DNA from: Octopus bimaculoides
Taxonomy: Eukaryota
NCBI RefSeq assembly: GCF_001194135.2
Contig: NC_068998.1
Location: forward strand, 29,203,337 to 29,267,336
Direction: 5' to 3'
Length of the DNA: 64,000 bases
Shown: positions 1 through 12,800 of the stretch, piece after piece
Layout of the letters: each line of letters begins with the position of its first letter
Numbering within the stretch: position 1 is the stretch's first letter
Position numbers and translations under genes: made by a program
Notes under the pieces: model-generated
The model's database searches: none
Told to the model about the DNA's origin: nothing
What the model saw: the letters and a program-made list of their open reading frames with translations, nothing else

Positions 1-2050
1 AGTATTTCAATATTTCAGAGTTATGATTGCTTACTCAGGAAATCTTTGGAGAAAATGGACAAAGTCAGCAAATAACTTTTCTCCAAAGATTTACTGAGGA
101 AGGGATCCTAACTCTGAAATGTTGAAATATCAGGTAAAACTATCAACTTTATTATCAACTATATCAACTATCAACTATATTATTTTTACAACTTACATTG
201 TTTTGGCTTAAGAAAAATATAACCCCAAACATTTATATATAGAAACTATGAGTAAATGGACCAATTAAAAAAGGACTAAAGAAAAACAGAGAGAAATGGC
301 TGGTAGAACTAAATACATACCTTCAAAAACAGAAATATACTAAAAACTTAATAAATCACCTCACTAATTTTGAGATACAAACAAGTAGCTTTTATGGACT
401 TCCAAAAATTCATAAATCTGAAGAAATAAATAACAGCTTGAAGGATCTCCATACACCATATGTGAAGATTTCCAAACGATCTGATCTTATGTTCAATTAT
501 TGCAGGGCCAACATCTAGCACCCAACAATTAAGCAATTTGCTTGACATATCATGAAACCTTTGTGCAAATTGGTCCCAAGTTTCAACAGATGAAACATGG
601 ACTTCCTACATGAAGGTTCTGACATAATCAGACTCTACACAAATATATCCCATGGATAATGATTATAAGGATTAGAAGTCGTAGAACTCTGGACAGACAA
701 ATACCCACAAGGAATTCAGCAGAGCTTCTCAAAAGAGTTGAAGGATTGCAGTTGGTACTGGAAAACAACTACTACTTCTTTGATAACCAATACAACCTAC
801 AAATACAAGGTATGACAAAGGGACAAAAGTTGCACTGAAGTTTGCAACATGAGTAATGGAATTCCTGAAAGAAAACAAATTTATACCTTGTCTGGAATTA
901 CTTTTGTTAACAATTCCAATCTTACTTAAGAGGGAACTGAAAAAGATTTTTGGATGACTGCTTCATATTTTGGAACAAAATTTAGGAGGACTTTCCAAGA
1001 TTTTAAATTAATAAATAGCATTCATGAATTGATTCAGTTCACTATGAAAGTGAATGAAAGGAAACTCTTTTCCTGGACAGTCTGATAATTAATGAAAATG
1101 AGACAGTTACAACTGATCTCTACTGCAAGGACACAAACTCGCACCATTGCCACCCTTCTCATACAAAAAGGAACATTACATTCAATATGACAAGTTTATG
1201 TTCAATAGTTACAAACACAAATGGACAAGAGAAATGACTGGGAGAACTAAATACATACCTTCCAAATATGCTAAAAACCTAATAATTCATGCTATAACCA
1301 AAGCAAAAGAAATTCCAGTTTCTGCCTTACAGAGAAACACTCATACCAAGGGTGAAAACAAAAATACAAGTATAAATATTCTATTGCAGTCACCCATAAT
1401 CCTAAGAACCACATTCCACATTTAGCCAAATGATACCTTCCAATTCTACACCAGTCATCAACTCTCTGACAAATAATTAAAAAATCACAAACCATCAACA
1501 GACAAAGACAACCACCAAATCTCAATAGACTCCTAAGAAAAATGCGATTCACATTGGAGGAAGAAATGACACAAGTAATAAACTGTAAAGATCCTTTGTG
1601 AAATAATTGAACAAGGAACAACCAAAAGATACAAGAATGGGAAGGAAATAAAAGTGAATGCAAACATGAACTGAAAAACAAAAAGTTTCATTTACTGCAT
1701 CATATGCCCATAATGCAATAAGAATTACATTGAAGAAACAGGAACAAAACTACATAATCATGTGAATGTATAGAAACAATAAATTAATGATTCACCTCTA
1801 AGAAATGTCCCATACAGTAACAATCTAGACATTTGTACAAATGGAGAATTCAAAATATTCTCTTTTTACAAAATATAAGACAAAAATTATCAACTATGAA
1901 AAGCAAAAGAAGAATATTTTATAAGAATTCTAAATCTGAAACTAAACCAGAAATACTCAAGGTTACTAAAAACAACTTCATTATATGGATTAGTCCAGAA
2001 CATGTATGTTTGAATGAACAATGAAAGCACTTACACACAAAAACAAAAGT
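1..2050 (+). mobile_element. Decayed Penelope-like retroelement (RT + GIY-YIG) with an inverted 5' pseudo-LTR segment
   Basis: RFLDDCFIFW at ~944-973; FDNQYNLQIQGMTKGTK at ~778-830; IYCIICPxCNKNYIxETG (GIY-YIG) at ~1695-1745; many stops and frameshifts; 53-bp inverted repeat at 3-55/77-129. The 3' boundary is approximate. Confidence 0.8.
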
Positions 2051-2384
2051 TTGTGATATTCTGGTTTTTTTAATTTTTCAAAATATTTAATAACTTAAAA
2101 ACAATCTTTCTTGTGACTTTATCAAATAGTTTTTGCTAAAACTTTTAAATATATATGGTGTATTATGTTATAGATAGACACGATGAGGTGACTGGTGGTA
2201 TTTTCTTTCCATATTGAATGGACTTATATCATTTTCATAGAGCTTCCATAATTTTTGTATATATGATCCAGTATTTTGTTTGCTGTAACAATTCCATCAG
2301 CTACCAAAACGATCATGACTAATTAATAAATGTGATATCACCATTGCTATTTCTTTCATTATTGATAATTTTATTTTAGGAACA

Positions 2385-3975
2385 ATAAGCACTAAGAACA
2401 CACGGGGTGTAGTCTCTCTCAAATGCCCAGGAGGCTCTCTGGAGGCTGTAGATAGTTTCTGTTACCTAGGTGACCACATTAGCATTGGTGGAGGATGCTC
2501 TGAAAGTATTGTTTCTAGAATAAGAATAGGATGGAGGAAGTTCAGAGAGCTTTTACCTCTGTTGGCAACAAAAGGACTCTCTCTCAGAGTGAAGGGTAAA
2601 TTGTATGATGCTTGTGTATGAACGGCTGAATGTAGAAGACATGTGTAGACTGGAGAGAAATGAAGGTAGTATGTTCCGATGAATATGCAACACCAGTGCA
2701 CATGTACGGCAAAGTGCAAATGTATTAAGAGAAAAGTTGGGTATAAGAGGAATCAAATGCAGCATGCAAGAGAGAAGTATGTTTGTTTGGACATGTGATA
2801 TATATGAATGAAGACAGCTGCATAAAGAAGTGCCGATTACTGAAAGTGGATGGTTCCTGCAAAAGAGGGAGACTCAGGAAGACATGGGATGAAGTAGTAA
2901 GGACCTATCTCAGGATGTTGGCCTCACAGAGGAAATGACAATGGACTGAGATGTCTGGCAATTTGAGGTTCTTGAGAAGACCCCCCCACCCCTACATAAG
3001 CAAAACTGAGTTCTAGAAGCATTGTGTGTTTCACAAATACTTGTGTTCCACCCATATATTATAATAAGTAAACTTACACCAATAAACCAAACTACATTCA
3101 TTCTTTTCCTCCCATCTTTTCTTTCACACACTATGCTAACCTCTCACTCCCAAATCCTGTCGTCATGGCCCTGTTCACTGTATCATTGTTATCTGGAAGC
3201 CCACCACCCCCTCTGTATACCCAGGTTTTCACCACTCATTGCATTCCCCTCTTCCACTCTCTACTCATGCTTCTTTAGCAATGTCCTTCCACTCATATTA
3301 TTACCTCCACACCTCAAGCATATGCCCTGGCACTTACCACCATCTATCACTCTCTTCTTTTACTCCACCATCCCATTTATATTCTTATTCCCGTCCCTTA
3401 TGAGTATGCCCAGCACTTTGCCACCATCTCTCTCCTGCTCTCTTGCAGTCTTCCACTTTCTCTCTTCTCTTGCCCTTTCCTCAGGCTGGGTAACCATGTA
3501 TCTCCTTTATAGCAGCACACCTGTTCTGCCCATATTCCTGATCTCTCTCTTTCTCCCTCCTACTTTCTGGCTGGGTAACCATGAACCTCCTCTACAGCAA
3601 GATACCTGTTTATGTCTGTCTCACCATAACCTTTCATCATCTGACACAAATCACCTCCTCAGAGGATCTTTGTCTTGCAAGTTACTTGGAGACCTTGCCA
3701 GTGCTAATGCCATGTAAAAAGCATCCACTTCACACTCTAACATGATTGGCATTTGGAAGGGCCTCCAGCTGTAAAAATTTTGCCAAAACTGACCTCACCT
3801 GTGCTTGTGCCACATAAAAAGCCCTCAGTTCATTCTGCTGGGTGGGTGGTTGGTGTTAGGAAGGGCATCCAGTCATAAAAACCCTGCCAAAATGGACACA
3901 GAAGTCTGGTGCAGGCTTCTGCCTGGCCAGCTCCTGTCAAACTACCCATGCCAGCATGGAAGGCAGACATTAAAC
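2385..3975 (+). mobile_element. 5'-truncated RTE-clade LINE (ORF2 C-terminus + long 3' UTR, (GAT)n tail)
   Basis: Translates to VDSFCYLGDHISIGGGCSESIVSRIRIGWRKFRELLPLLATKGLSLRVKGKLYDAC and ends ttaaacgatgatgat at ~3970. Homologous to the copies at 11.4-13.6 kb and 15.2-16.3 kb. Confidence 0.85.
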
Positions 3976-4189
3976 GATGATGATAATGATGAATCTATAA
4001 TGGAAGAGCTATTCTTATGTAGTGGAAACAGCTGTAAGCTAATGAAATCCATAAGATAATCGTTTATTCACTTGTCATTTCTTTTCCTAAATATGAATAT
4101 AAATGATTTTGTAAAATTACAAAATATTACATGTAATCCATGTACATTTTATCAGGCCAGATTTATGAGAGAGACAGACAGACAGACAG

Positions 4190-4229
<40 letters not shown>

Positions 4230-4539
4230 NNNNNNNNNNNNNNNNNNNNNNNNNNNNNNNNNNNNNNNNNNNNNNNNNNNNNNNNNNNNNNNNNNNNNNN
4301 NNNNNNNNNNNNNNNNNNNNNNNNNNNNNNNNNNNNNNNNNNNNNNNNNNNNNNNNNNNNNGTGTGTGTAAATAGGTAAGTGGGCCTATTTAAGTGAATT
4401 CATGTTTGCTTACATTTGTGCTTCCTAAAGTTCACCAGCTACAAACTCACACATTTTCTTGTCATTTCCCTTGTTGACAATTGCTAACAGGCTTTGTACC
4501 TTTGGAGACATGTGGAACAAGAGATCTATGACTAAAGAA

Positions 4540-5040
4540 AACAGGTATTGGGAGACATTTAAAAGGCACATGGTTAAATTCACATATTCACGTCACTCTA
4601 ACATAAAGGCTTATATCAATAAACAACTGATGATTGAGACCTGTCCTAGATGCATATGAAGATCTCATGCAAATCTAAATGTTCTCTATAGCAGGCATGT
4701 GACATATTCTCCATTGTTTTTATGAAGTACAGACATCAACAAACTATGACAACAGCTGGACAGAGAGCAAGTGTTATAGTGCATCAGTGGAAGGAAAATT
4801 CAAATCCAGGTACAACAATCATCTTTCAACTTTTGGACACCTCACTAAGAGACATGCAACAACCCTCTCGGCATTAATCTGGAAACTTAAAGACGAGGAT
4901 GTCAGCCACATCAAATGGAAGATCCTTCATAAGACCAAACTACATATTAATGGGTCAAATGTTTCATATGCTCACTTGAGAAACTGTATCTCATTAAAAA
5001 CTTAAGAACCTCCAGTGACTGTGTAAATACCAAGAGTGAG
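4540..5040 (+). mobile_element. Penelope-like element fragment, C-terminal GIY-YIG region
   Basis: ORF 4787-5005 EGKFKSRYNNHLSTF...ATTLSALIWKLKDEDVSHIKWKIL matches the FKxRYNNH...TxLSxxIWxLK motif of PLE endonuclease C-termini. Confidence 0.7.
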
Positions 5041-5220
5041 ATGTTTTCTTTATGTCTGCTCATTCAAATGTCAATTGCATCAAACACAGTTACTAAGTCG
5101 TCTTGTGGTTTTACCAGCTTGATAAATGGCAAAATAAAAATTTCAGTGAGGAAACCCTGGGGAGCTGTAGTTCACAAAGTTTTTTGTTGTTTTCATCATA
5201 ATCCATACATACATACACAA

Positions 5221-6125
5221 TTAAAGCAGCATTTAATTAAAATAGCCATATATGTATCATACTTAATGTATACACACTGTCTATAAGCTAATTACTGTAA
5301 TATTTGTCCTGAGATAACTCTTATGGACTAGCTGTGTTAAAAAGCACAATAAATATTAGAGAGACACAAAACTTCATCCTAGTAGTGGCCAATGAAAGTA
5401 CTACATATATTTCAGCTGTTTTGGATCACTTCAATGGTGCATGCTTGCAGCCAGCCACATGCTCAAAGAAAAATTCATTGTCTCTGATATAGGAAAAAGT
5501 GAATAAAAGATTCACTGGTGTTATGAATGGCTGCCCAGTTGAATTAAAAATCTAGTATATGCAACTAAAGCAGTATTTAAATGAAATAGCCATCTATGTA
5601 TCATGCTTAATGTATGTACACTGTTGATAGGCCAGTTACTGCAGTACTTATCCTGAGATAACATCTGTTATGGACTTGTATTAGAAAAAGAAACATGAGA
5701 AAGAAATGAAAATTCATCCCAGCAGCAGTAGCCAGCATGACTGTCAGATGCATTTTGGTCTTCTTGGACCTTTTCAATGGTACATATTATGCAAACAGCC
5801 ACACATGCTCAAATGAGAATTTATTGTCTGTGATACAGGGAAAAGTGAACAAAAATTTTAATGATGTTGCAAATAGCCAAATGGCTAATTAAAAATGAAG
5901 TATATACACTTGAAGAAGTACTTAATTAAAATAACTGTGTGTCACAATGTATCATACTGTCAACATGCCTGTTACTGTAGAGATAACATTGAAAAAGCTC
6001 AAAAGGGTTAAAATCTATCTGGCATTCTCACTGGCTACTGTTGGGATGAATTTTCATCTCTCAGATATTTATTGTGTTTTCCAACACGACTAGTCCACAA
6101 GAGATGTGGTTTAAGGACAAATCCA
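5221..6125. repeat. Diverged ~345-bp tandem array (about 2.3 units) followed by an inverted partial unit
   Basis: Unit starts taaagcagcatttaattaaaatagcca (~5222), taaagcagtatttaaatgaaatagcca (~5566), gaagaagtacttaattaaaataact (~5912). Segment 5985-6125 is the reverse complement of part of the unit (e.g. 6062-6120 vs 5305-5365). Confidence 0.8.
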
Positions 6126-6459
6126 GGAAAATGATACAATAATGTCATTGATGAGATAGAAGATAATTTGAATGGCCCTTCTTTCTGAATCAACATAGAT
6201 AGGTGGGTAAAATCTATGGCATGTGATGGATAGGAAAATGTAGGTAGTTCCTTACAGCTGTTTCTAGGGTAGATGTTTATTAGATGTAGTTATGTGCATT
6301 ATGGCTACATATAAGATAGATTTAGGCAATTTAGTGTACACAAGCAGCAATTTACTGTACATGAAGTGTAAGTGGTATGAACAACTTAGCCTGTCTTAAA
6401 AATTAGAGAGATAGAGAGATATACACACAGATATTCACACACACACACACACATAGGTA

Positions 6460-6742
6460 CAGGCAGTGGATAAGGAGCTTGTTTTGCAACCATGTTCAGT
6501 CCTACTGCTGATCAATGCTTTGTGAGTGAATATGAGTGTGTGCATGTGTGTATGTGTATGTGTGCGCGCGCATGCGTATGTGTGTATGAGTGTGCCTCAT
6601 TGTCCCTGTAACTTAGTGATTCTGCGAAAGAGATTAATAGATTAAGTACCAGAGATAAAAAGTAACCCTTGGGTTATTGTTCAACTAAATCCTTCAAGGC
6701 AGCGTCCCAGCAGGGCCACAGTCCAATGACTGAACAAGTAAA
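6460..6742 (+). mobile_element. tRNA-derived SINE, family 1 (decayed)
   Basis: Shares cttgtgagtg, a (TG)n core and a gtaacttag...aagtacc...aatgactgaacaagtaaaag tail with the better copy at 43113-43503. Confidence 0.6.
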
Positions 6743-6779
6743 AGTCATTTTATCATAGTCTCTCAATGCCTGGCATAAT

Positions 6780-7945
6780 GCCCATTCATATATAGGTAGG
6801 TTGGTGGATAGGTAGGTAGGTAGGTAAGTGGGTAGGTGGGTATGTATGAGGTGATATAAGTAAGTATATAAAGGGCAGCGTTAGAACACCAGCACAATGT
6901 AGGTAAACCCATACAAATAAATAGATGTAAATGGGCACAATTCTGATACACACCCACACACATCCACACACACACATGGATGGACAGACCAGTATACACA
7001 CATCCACACCCATACACACACATGGATGGACAGACCGGCACACACACATCCATACACACCAAGCATACACACACATACAGAGGCATACACAGGCACAAGT
7101 GTGTGCACACACATACAGAGGAATGAACACACACATAAGACTGCACACATGCAAGCATACACACAGATATTAGTCTATTCAAAAAAGTGCCAGATACACA
7201 CACACACACACATACACATTGGAATACACACAAATAAGGAAACGCATGTTCACACAAACACAGAAACGAACATACACATTCACTCCACTCACAAGACCAA
7301 CTCAACCACACAAACACGCTAGACCACACACTCATGTGCACACACATTTTCCCTGTTCTTCCCTCCCTCTGTCCACATAATAACTACACCCTAACCCATA
7401 AATCTTCAGCAGACACAATACTGACCAAGAACAAAAAGACAGAAGGCTGAGTCCTTAGAGAAGTAACCGATAGTTTGTACATCCATACCTACAAACACAC
7501 ATACAAGCAGTCACATGGGTGTACATGCACAACCACATACATATGCATGTGCGCGCATGCGCACACACACACACACAAACCCTTCATTTACGATCACCCT
7601 TACTTCCTCTTTTAAGCAAACAAACATCTACACACATACATACATACAAGCCTGCATATACAAAGACATATGATGAATTCTCGGGCAAACGCAGAGTAGA
7701 CTTTGGAGTGAGACGGCGAGTCATAAGTCACTGAGCAAGATGGCAAGTCATAATGTTGCGAACAGCAATGAAAGAACAACTAACAACCAACTCATTATTT
7801 AACCAGAACAAACGCGATTAGTTAGTTGATTACATATTTAAGCAATAGACTAACAATAGATAAATGGAATTGAATCTGTGCAAGTGTTATTGGTATAATG
7901 ACTCCCAAGACACAACAGAATTTGTTTCAATTTACATCAAGAAGA
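6780..7945 (+). repeat. Dispersed CA-rich repeat, same family as the arms at 52570-54065
   Basis: 7770-7935 (actaacaaccaact...gttattggtataatgactcccaagacac...ttcacatcaag) matches 53890-54065. The six-frame H/T and C/V-rich ORFs here arise from (CA)n. Confidence 0.7.
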
Positions 7946-7946
7946 T

Positions 7947-7985
<39 letters not shown>

Positions 7986-8252
7986 TATATCATAAACTCT
8001 TCCGTCATTAAATGACATCTGAGGGTTCGGCAATTTCTTGCTGAACAACCACACAGATGATTTGTTTATAGTGATCAAATGTTGGTGTACGCATAAGCTC
8101 ACTCACTCCATCAAATCAACATTACTTGCACAGATGCACCATGTGCCACATGTCAGATGATGAAATGATTGCAGAGCAATGTGAAATGATGTGCTTTGCT
8201 CAAGAACACAACACGACACCCAGTCTGGGAACCAAACCCACAATCTCACAAT

Positions 8253-8289
<37 letters not shown>

Positions 8290-8293
<4 letters not shown>

Positions 8294-8440
8294 TCATCAT
8301 CATCATCGTTTAACGTCCGCTTTCCATGCTAGAATGGGTTGGACGATTTGACTGAGGACTGGTGAAACCGGATGGCAACACCAGGCTCCAAAGTAATTTG
8401 GCAGAGTTTCTACAGCTGGATGCCCTTCCTAACGCCAACA
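8290..8440 (-). mobile_element. RTE LINE 3' end only
   Basis: (cat)n-cgtttaacgtccgctttccatgctag...gtttctacagctggatgcccttcctaacgccaac; the same 3' UTR is seen at 16405, 25175 and 55380. Confidence 0.75.
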
Positions 8441-9461
8441 CTAACAGGCAGTACTGGCATGCTAACATAGCAGTCAAAATGATCAAACCACAAGTTTTCA
8501 CTTAAACACAAAAGTGAAAGTGGGCAAATGAATAAAGACCCTAAGACGAAAATAATTAAAAATTGAAAAAGTCAGGCATGTATATCTATATTTTCAATGG
8601 AATCTGTATCAGAATGTTTTAAGATACAAGCAATTAACCATAACTTAGAAACTCAAATGGAAAGGATGGTCATTATTATCATTTTCCATCTATTTTCTTT
8701 GTTCGATCATTTTGATTTTTAGACTTTAATTGCTGAAGAAGTTCTGCAGTCAGTCACAAAGAGACTTGAGAATAATTTCATTACTGATTAAATCTTCAAT
8801 GCTGGATTCAAAAATTATATACTGGTAAATTTTGGTAGAGTTCATATGACTATATATATATTATGTGTGTGCAATATTTGTAGGTAAAATTCAGGTTTGT
8901 ATATTGCAATTAGTAAAGCTTCAATAGTTATTCTTACAATCGTTTGTGGGATGTAATATAAAAGAGAGAGAGAGAAAGAGAGTGTGTGTGCTGTGTGTGC
9001 AAAGTTAGACAGATAGATATAAATATATATCCATGTATATATATTTTCTGTCATTCATCTATCTGAAGAGACAATGTACTTTTGACTACAGTTAGTTAGG
9101 AAGTGACCTCTCTAGGGCACAAACCTAGGCTAACTGGTTGGAAATTTTGAGTTGCTAGATAACAGAAGCTTCCTCTCGACCTCAACAGTGTTGTTCAAAA
9201 GAGTGCAGAGTTTGGCACAAATCTGGCTGTAAAATTTGAGTTGAACACTAGATTGCATTCATTCTATCAGATTTACTTTCTAGCATCTTTCTAAAGAGCA
9301 ACGAGGTTATATTCCCACAACAAGGGAAATGTAACTCTGGACAGGGACCCATACTAGGTACAGTCAGCTGAATCCTACTGAGCCATGGACTCATATCAAG
9401 CAGACATCACATCTTCACTAAGATCATTATCCACTACCCAATGTGTGTTCATGCTTGTTTT

Positions 9462-9534
<73 letters not shown>

Positions 9535-9743
9535 NNNNNNNNNNAGAGAGAGAGAGAGAGAGAGAGAAGAGGTAGAGAGAGAGAATAAGAAGAAGGAGAG
9601 AGAGAGAAGAAGAAAAGGGAGAGAGAGAGAGAAGAAAGGGATGGGGGAGTGAGAGAAGGGGAGGGAAAAAGAAAGACAATACTATCAGAAGAATTTCAAG
9701 AGTAGAGAATGTGGTGGTAAAGGGATAGAAACAGGGTATTTAC

Positions 9744-9846
9744 CTGTAAAGAATTCATAGCTTTACCAGCTGATTCTTTAGTTTTAAAATTTATAAAAGC
9801 ACAAAACCTGTCAGGTAAACAACGTACACTGCTTAGAGGCCCATAC
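9744..9846 (-). CDS. TTC31: Exon, RRM C-half with RNP1 (103 nt, phase 2 to 0)
   Basis: acctacag|G TAT GGG CCT...TTA CAG|gtaaat; YGPLSSVRCLPDRFCAFINFKTKESAGKAMNSLQ. Confidence 0.93.
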
Positions 9847-12800
9847 CTGTAGGTAAAGAGGAAACAAGTCAGCATTAATAATGACAGAGACAAAATATGT
9901 GTGTGTGTGTGTGTGTGTGTGCGTGTGTGCGTGCATGCATATATATAAAGTATGTAAGACATACTGTATAAAGCTTACATATAACTCTGTCAAAGGTACT
10001 GTTGTGTTTCTGAACAATGGAAATGTTTAAGTGAATTCTAAAAGAAATGCTACACTTTTTAAAACGATTCCATTTGATGTATTTTTCAAACAAATTTCTA
10101 ACATTTAACTATTCCTCAGGAATTTAATGACTATACCATATCAGAAACTACAAAATATAAAATGTATTAAATGTCTGATTCAAGGAAATTTGCTCCTAGA
10201 AGTTAATGAAAGTTAATAAGATCTTTCATGAAAGTTTCTATTTCAATTTGAACCCTGACTCTTTGCTTTTCGAAACAAGATTTCTGGTATTGAGAAACAA
10301 AACAATGACATTCAATGGCTTTACAACAAATTTGTTGAATGACACCAGCAAATATACTTAAATCAAAAGTTCATGATTGCAAATCAACCAGGCTTAGATT
10401 AAGCTAAACAAGATAAACACAGAATAGACAGTCAAGGCAGACAGGAATGAAGGAGTCACACAGACACAGAAATGAGAGTAATCAAGTGTCACATCACACA
10501 TTACTATCAGCCAATGTGAATGACACTGACTCTAATCTAAATATGGCAGGGGAGACGCATTCATTCTTTCAAACTGTACTTTATCTACACATTATCACAC
10601 AAGCTGCCAGATTTAATTACTAAGTGAACACATTCTCAGAATCAGACCACAACATAAGTCTGATTTTCCAACTTTACTCTTTTCTTGGAACACTTATGTT
10701 CCAGACATCTTATGCAGATAATAATGTATTGCTTTCATTAACTTCTAGGAACAAATTTCCTTAAATCAGACATTTAATACATTTTACATTTTGTAGTAAT
10801 ATCCTCAAAAATTATTACTGCTCACTGACTCAAAAGGAGTAGCATATTCCTATTGAGTAGGAGAAGTTTCTAGCTAGAGAATGTCCCAGTATAAAATGAA
10901 GGAGAAGAACACAAAAATTATGCTCCAGCAGCAGCAGCGGCTGTAGTAGTAGTAGCAGCAGCAATTACAGCAGCTGTGGCATAGTTTCAAGTAGGCTATA
11001 TTTGAATAGATCTTTCATGAAAGACATTTCAGCAGTGATTAACTCCTCTTTTTTGTAAGCCTAGGTTCCTATAGCCCAATGTCTCTTTCCTGGTAGGGTG
11101 TGATTTGATAAAGATTTAGCTGCTATTTCTTGTGTAGAGGTATACATACATACGTGTCTACCAGCACACATATATACATAAGTAAATGCATACAACAGGT
11201 GATAATGTGCAGTATAAGGTTGTGGGTTCATTACCTGGATGGAACAATGATTTGTGTCCTTGATTTCATGTTGTCTCAGCTTACTCAGCTGTAAATGAGG
11301 ACCAACCAATTTCTGGTGAAGCACTTTCTCCACCTGCCAGCAATTACATATCCTGAATGCATTGTTGGATGAGAGGCTGAGAGGGGTGTCTATGTCATCT
11401 TATGACTATGTAAGCACCTAAAGCAATTAGCAAAAATAGGGTAGATGAGATGCAGTTTGATTATGTGTCTGGGAAGAGTGCTACAAATGCCATCTTCACA
11501 GTGAGACAACTGCAGGAGAAGTATCTGGCCAAAAATAAACCATTGTACTTGGCTTTCATTGACCTGGAGAAAGCTTTTGACAGAGTCCCTTGCTCCTTTG
11601 TCAAGTGGTCTCTAAAGAAGCTAAGAGTAGATGAGTGGTAAGTTAGAGCTGTACAAATCATGTAGAGTGGTGCCGTCAGTAGGGTAAGAATTGGCTACAA
11701 GTACACTGGAGAATTTAGTGTACAAGTAGGGATACACCAGGGCTCAGTTCTCAGTCCACTCTTATTCATCAAAGTTTTCCAGGCCATAACAGAGGAATTT
11801 AAAACTGGATGCCCAACTACAACATGCTGATGATCTCGTACTTACTGCAGAATCTTTAGCAGAATTGGCCAAGTTCCAGCAATGTTGTTGTTAGCAAGAA
11901 ACCAAATGAGACTCTCTTTCCATCAGGTAAATAGCCCTTCTCAATATGTAGGAAAGGCGTTGGAAGAAATTCCATTTGTCAGACCCAGTGCAAGTTGTGG
12001 ACACATAAGAAGTGCAGTGGAATCACAGGTAGGTTAACAGAGAAAGTTGTCTTTGTATGTGGCAGATGCACAGGAACATTAAGCGCTAAGAACACATGGG
12101 AATTAGACTCTCTCAAATGCCCAGGAGGCTCTCTTGAAGTGGTAGTTAGTTTCTGTTAGCTAGATAACCAATTTAGCAGTGGTGGAGGATGTTCTGAAAG
12201 TATTGTTGCAGGAATTAAAATAGTGTAGAGGAAGTTCAGAGAGCTATTACCTCTGTTGACAACAAAAGGACTCTCTCCCAGAGTGAAAGGCAAATCATAC
12301 GATGTTTGTGTACAAATGGCTATCTCCATGATAGTGAAATGTGGACTTTGAATGCAAAAGACATGAGCAGACTAGACAGGAATAAAGCTGGTATGCTCTG
12401 ATGGATATGCCACATTAGGGAGCATGTACAACGAAGTGCAAATGTGCAGAGAGAAAAGTTGTGCATAAGAGGAATCAGATGCAGCATATGAGAGAGAAGA
12501 CTATGTTGGATGGGACATGTGATGCATATGAATGAAGACAGTTGTAATAAAGAAGTGCTGATCCCTTAAAAAGGATGGTACTTGTGGAAGAGGATGAGCC
12601 AAGAAGAAATGGAATGAAGTAGTGAGGACTCATCTCAAGATGTTGGGCCTCACAGAGGAGATGACAATGGAATGAGATATCTGATGATATGAAGTTCTTG
12701 AGAAGAGCCGCCCACCACAGTGAAACTGAGCTCTGGTAGTGCTGTATGATCCACCCACATTTAACATTGAGTTTTCACATACCCTGCCTCAATAAACCAA

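Noticed and set aside
5115-5168. cagc-TTGATAA...GAAA-CCCTGGG-GA-gctg, hammerhead-like, after the PLE fragment
   Set aside because: There is no credible stem II and U16.1 is absent; it may be a relic but cannot be supported.
6763-7347. Long Cys/Val- and His/Thr-rich ORFs (also at 52613-53829 and 62538-63373)
   Set aside because: They are translations of (CA)n/(TG)n-rich repeats.
1-9743. Search for the next exon (RRM last strand and a possible CCCH finger)
   Set aside because: I found no phase-0 exon with plausible sequence. It is probably beyond the window or in gap 4230-4361.
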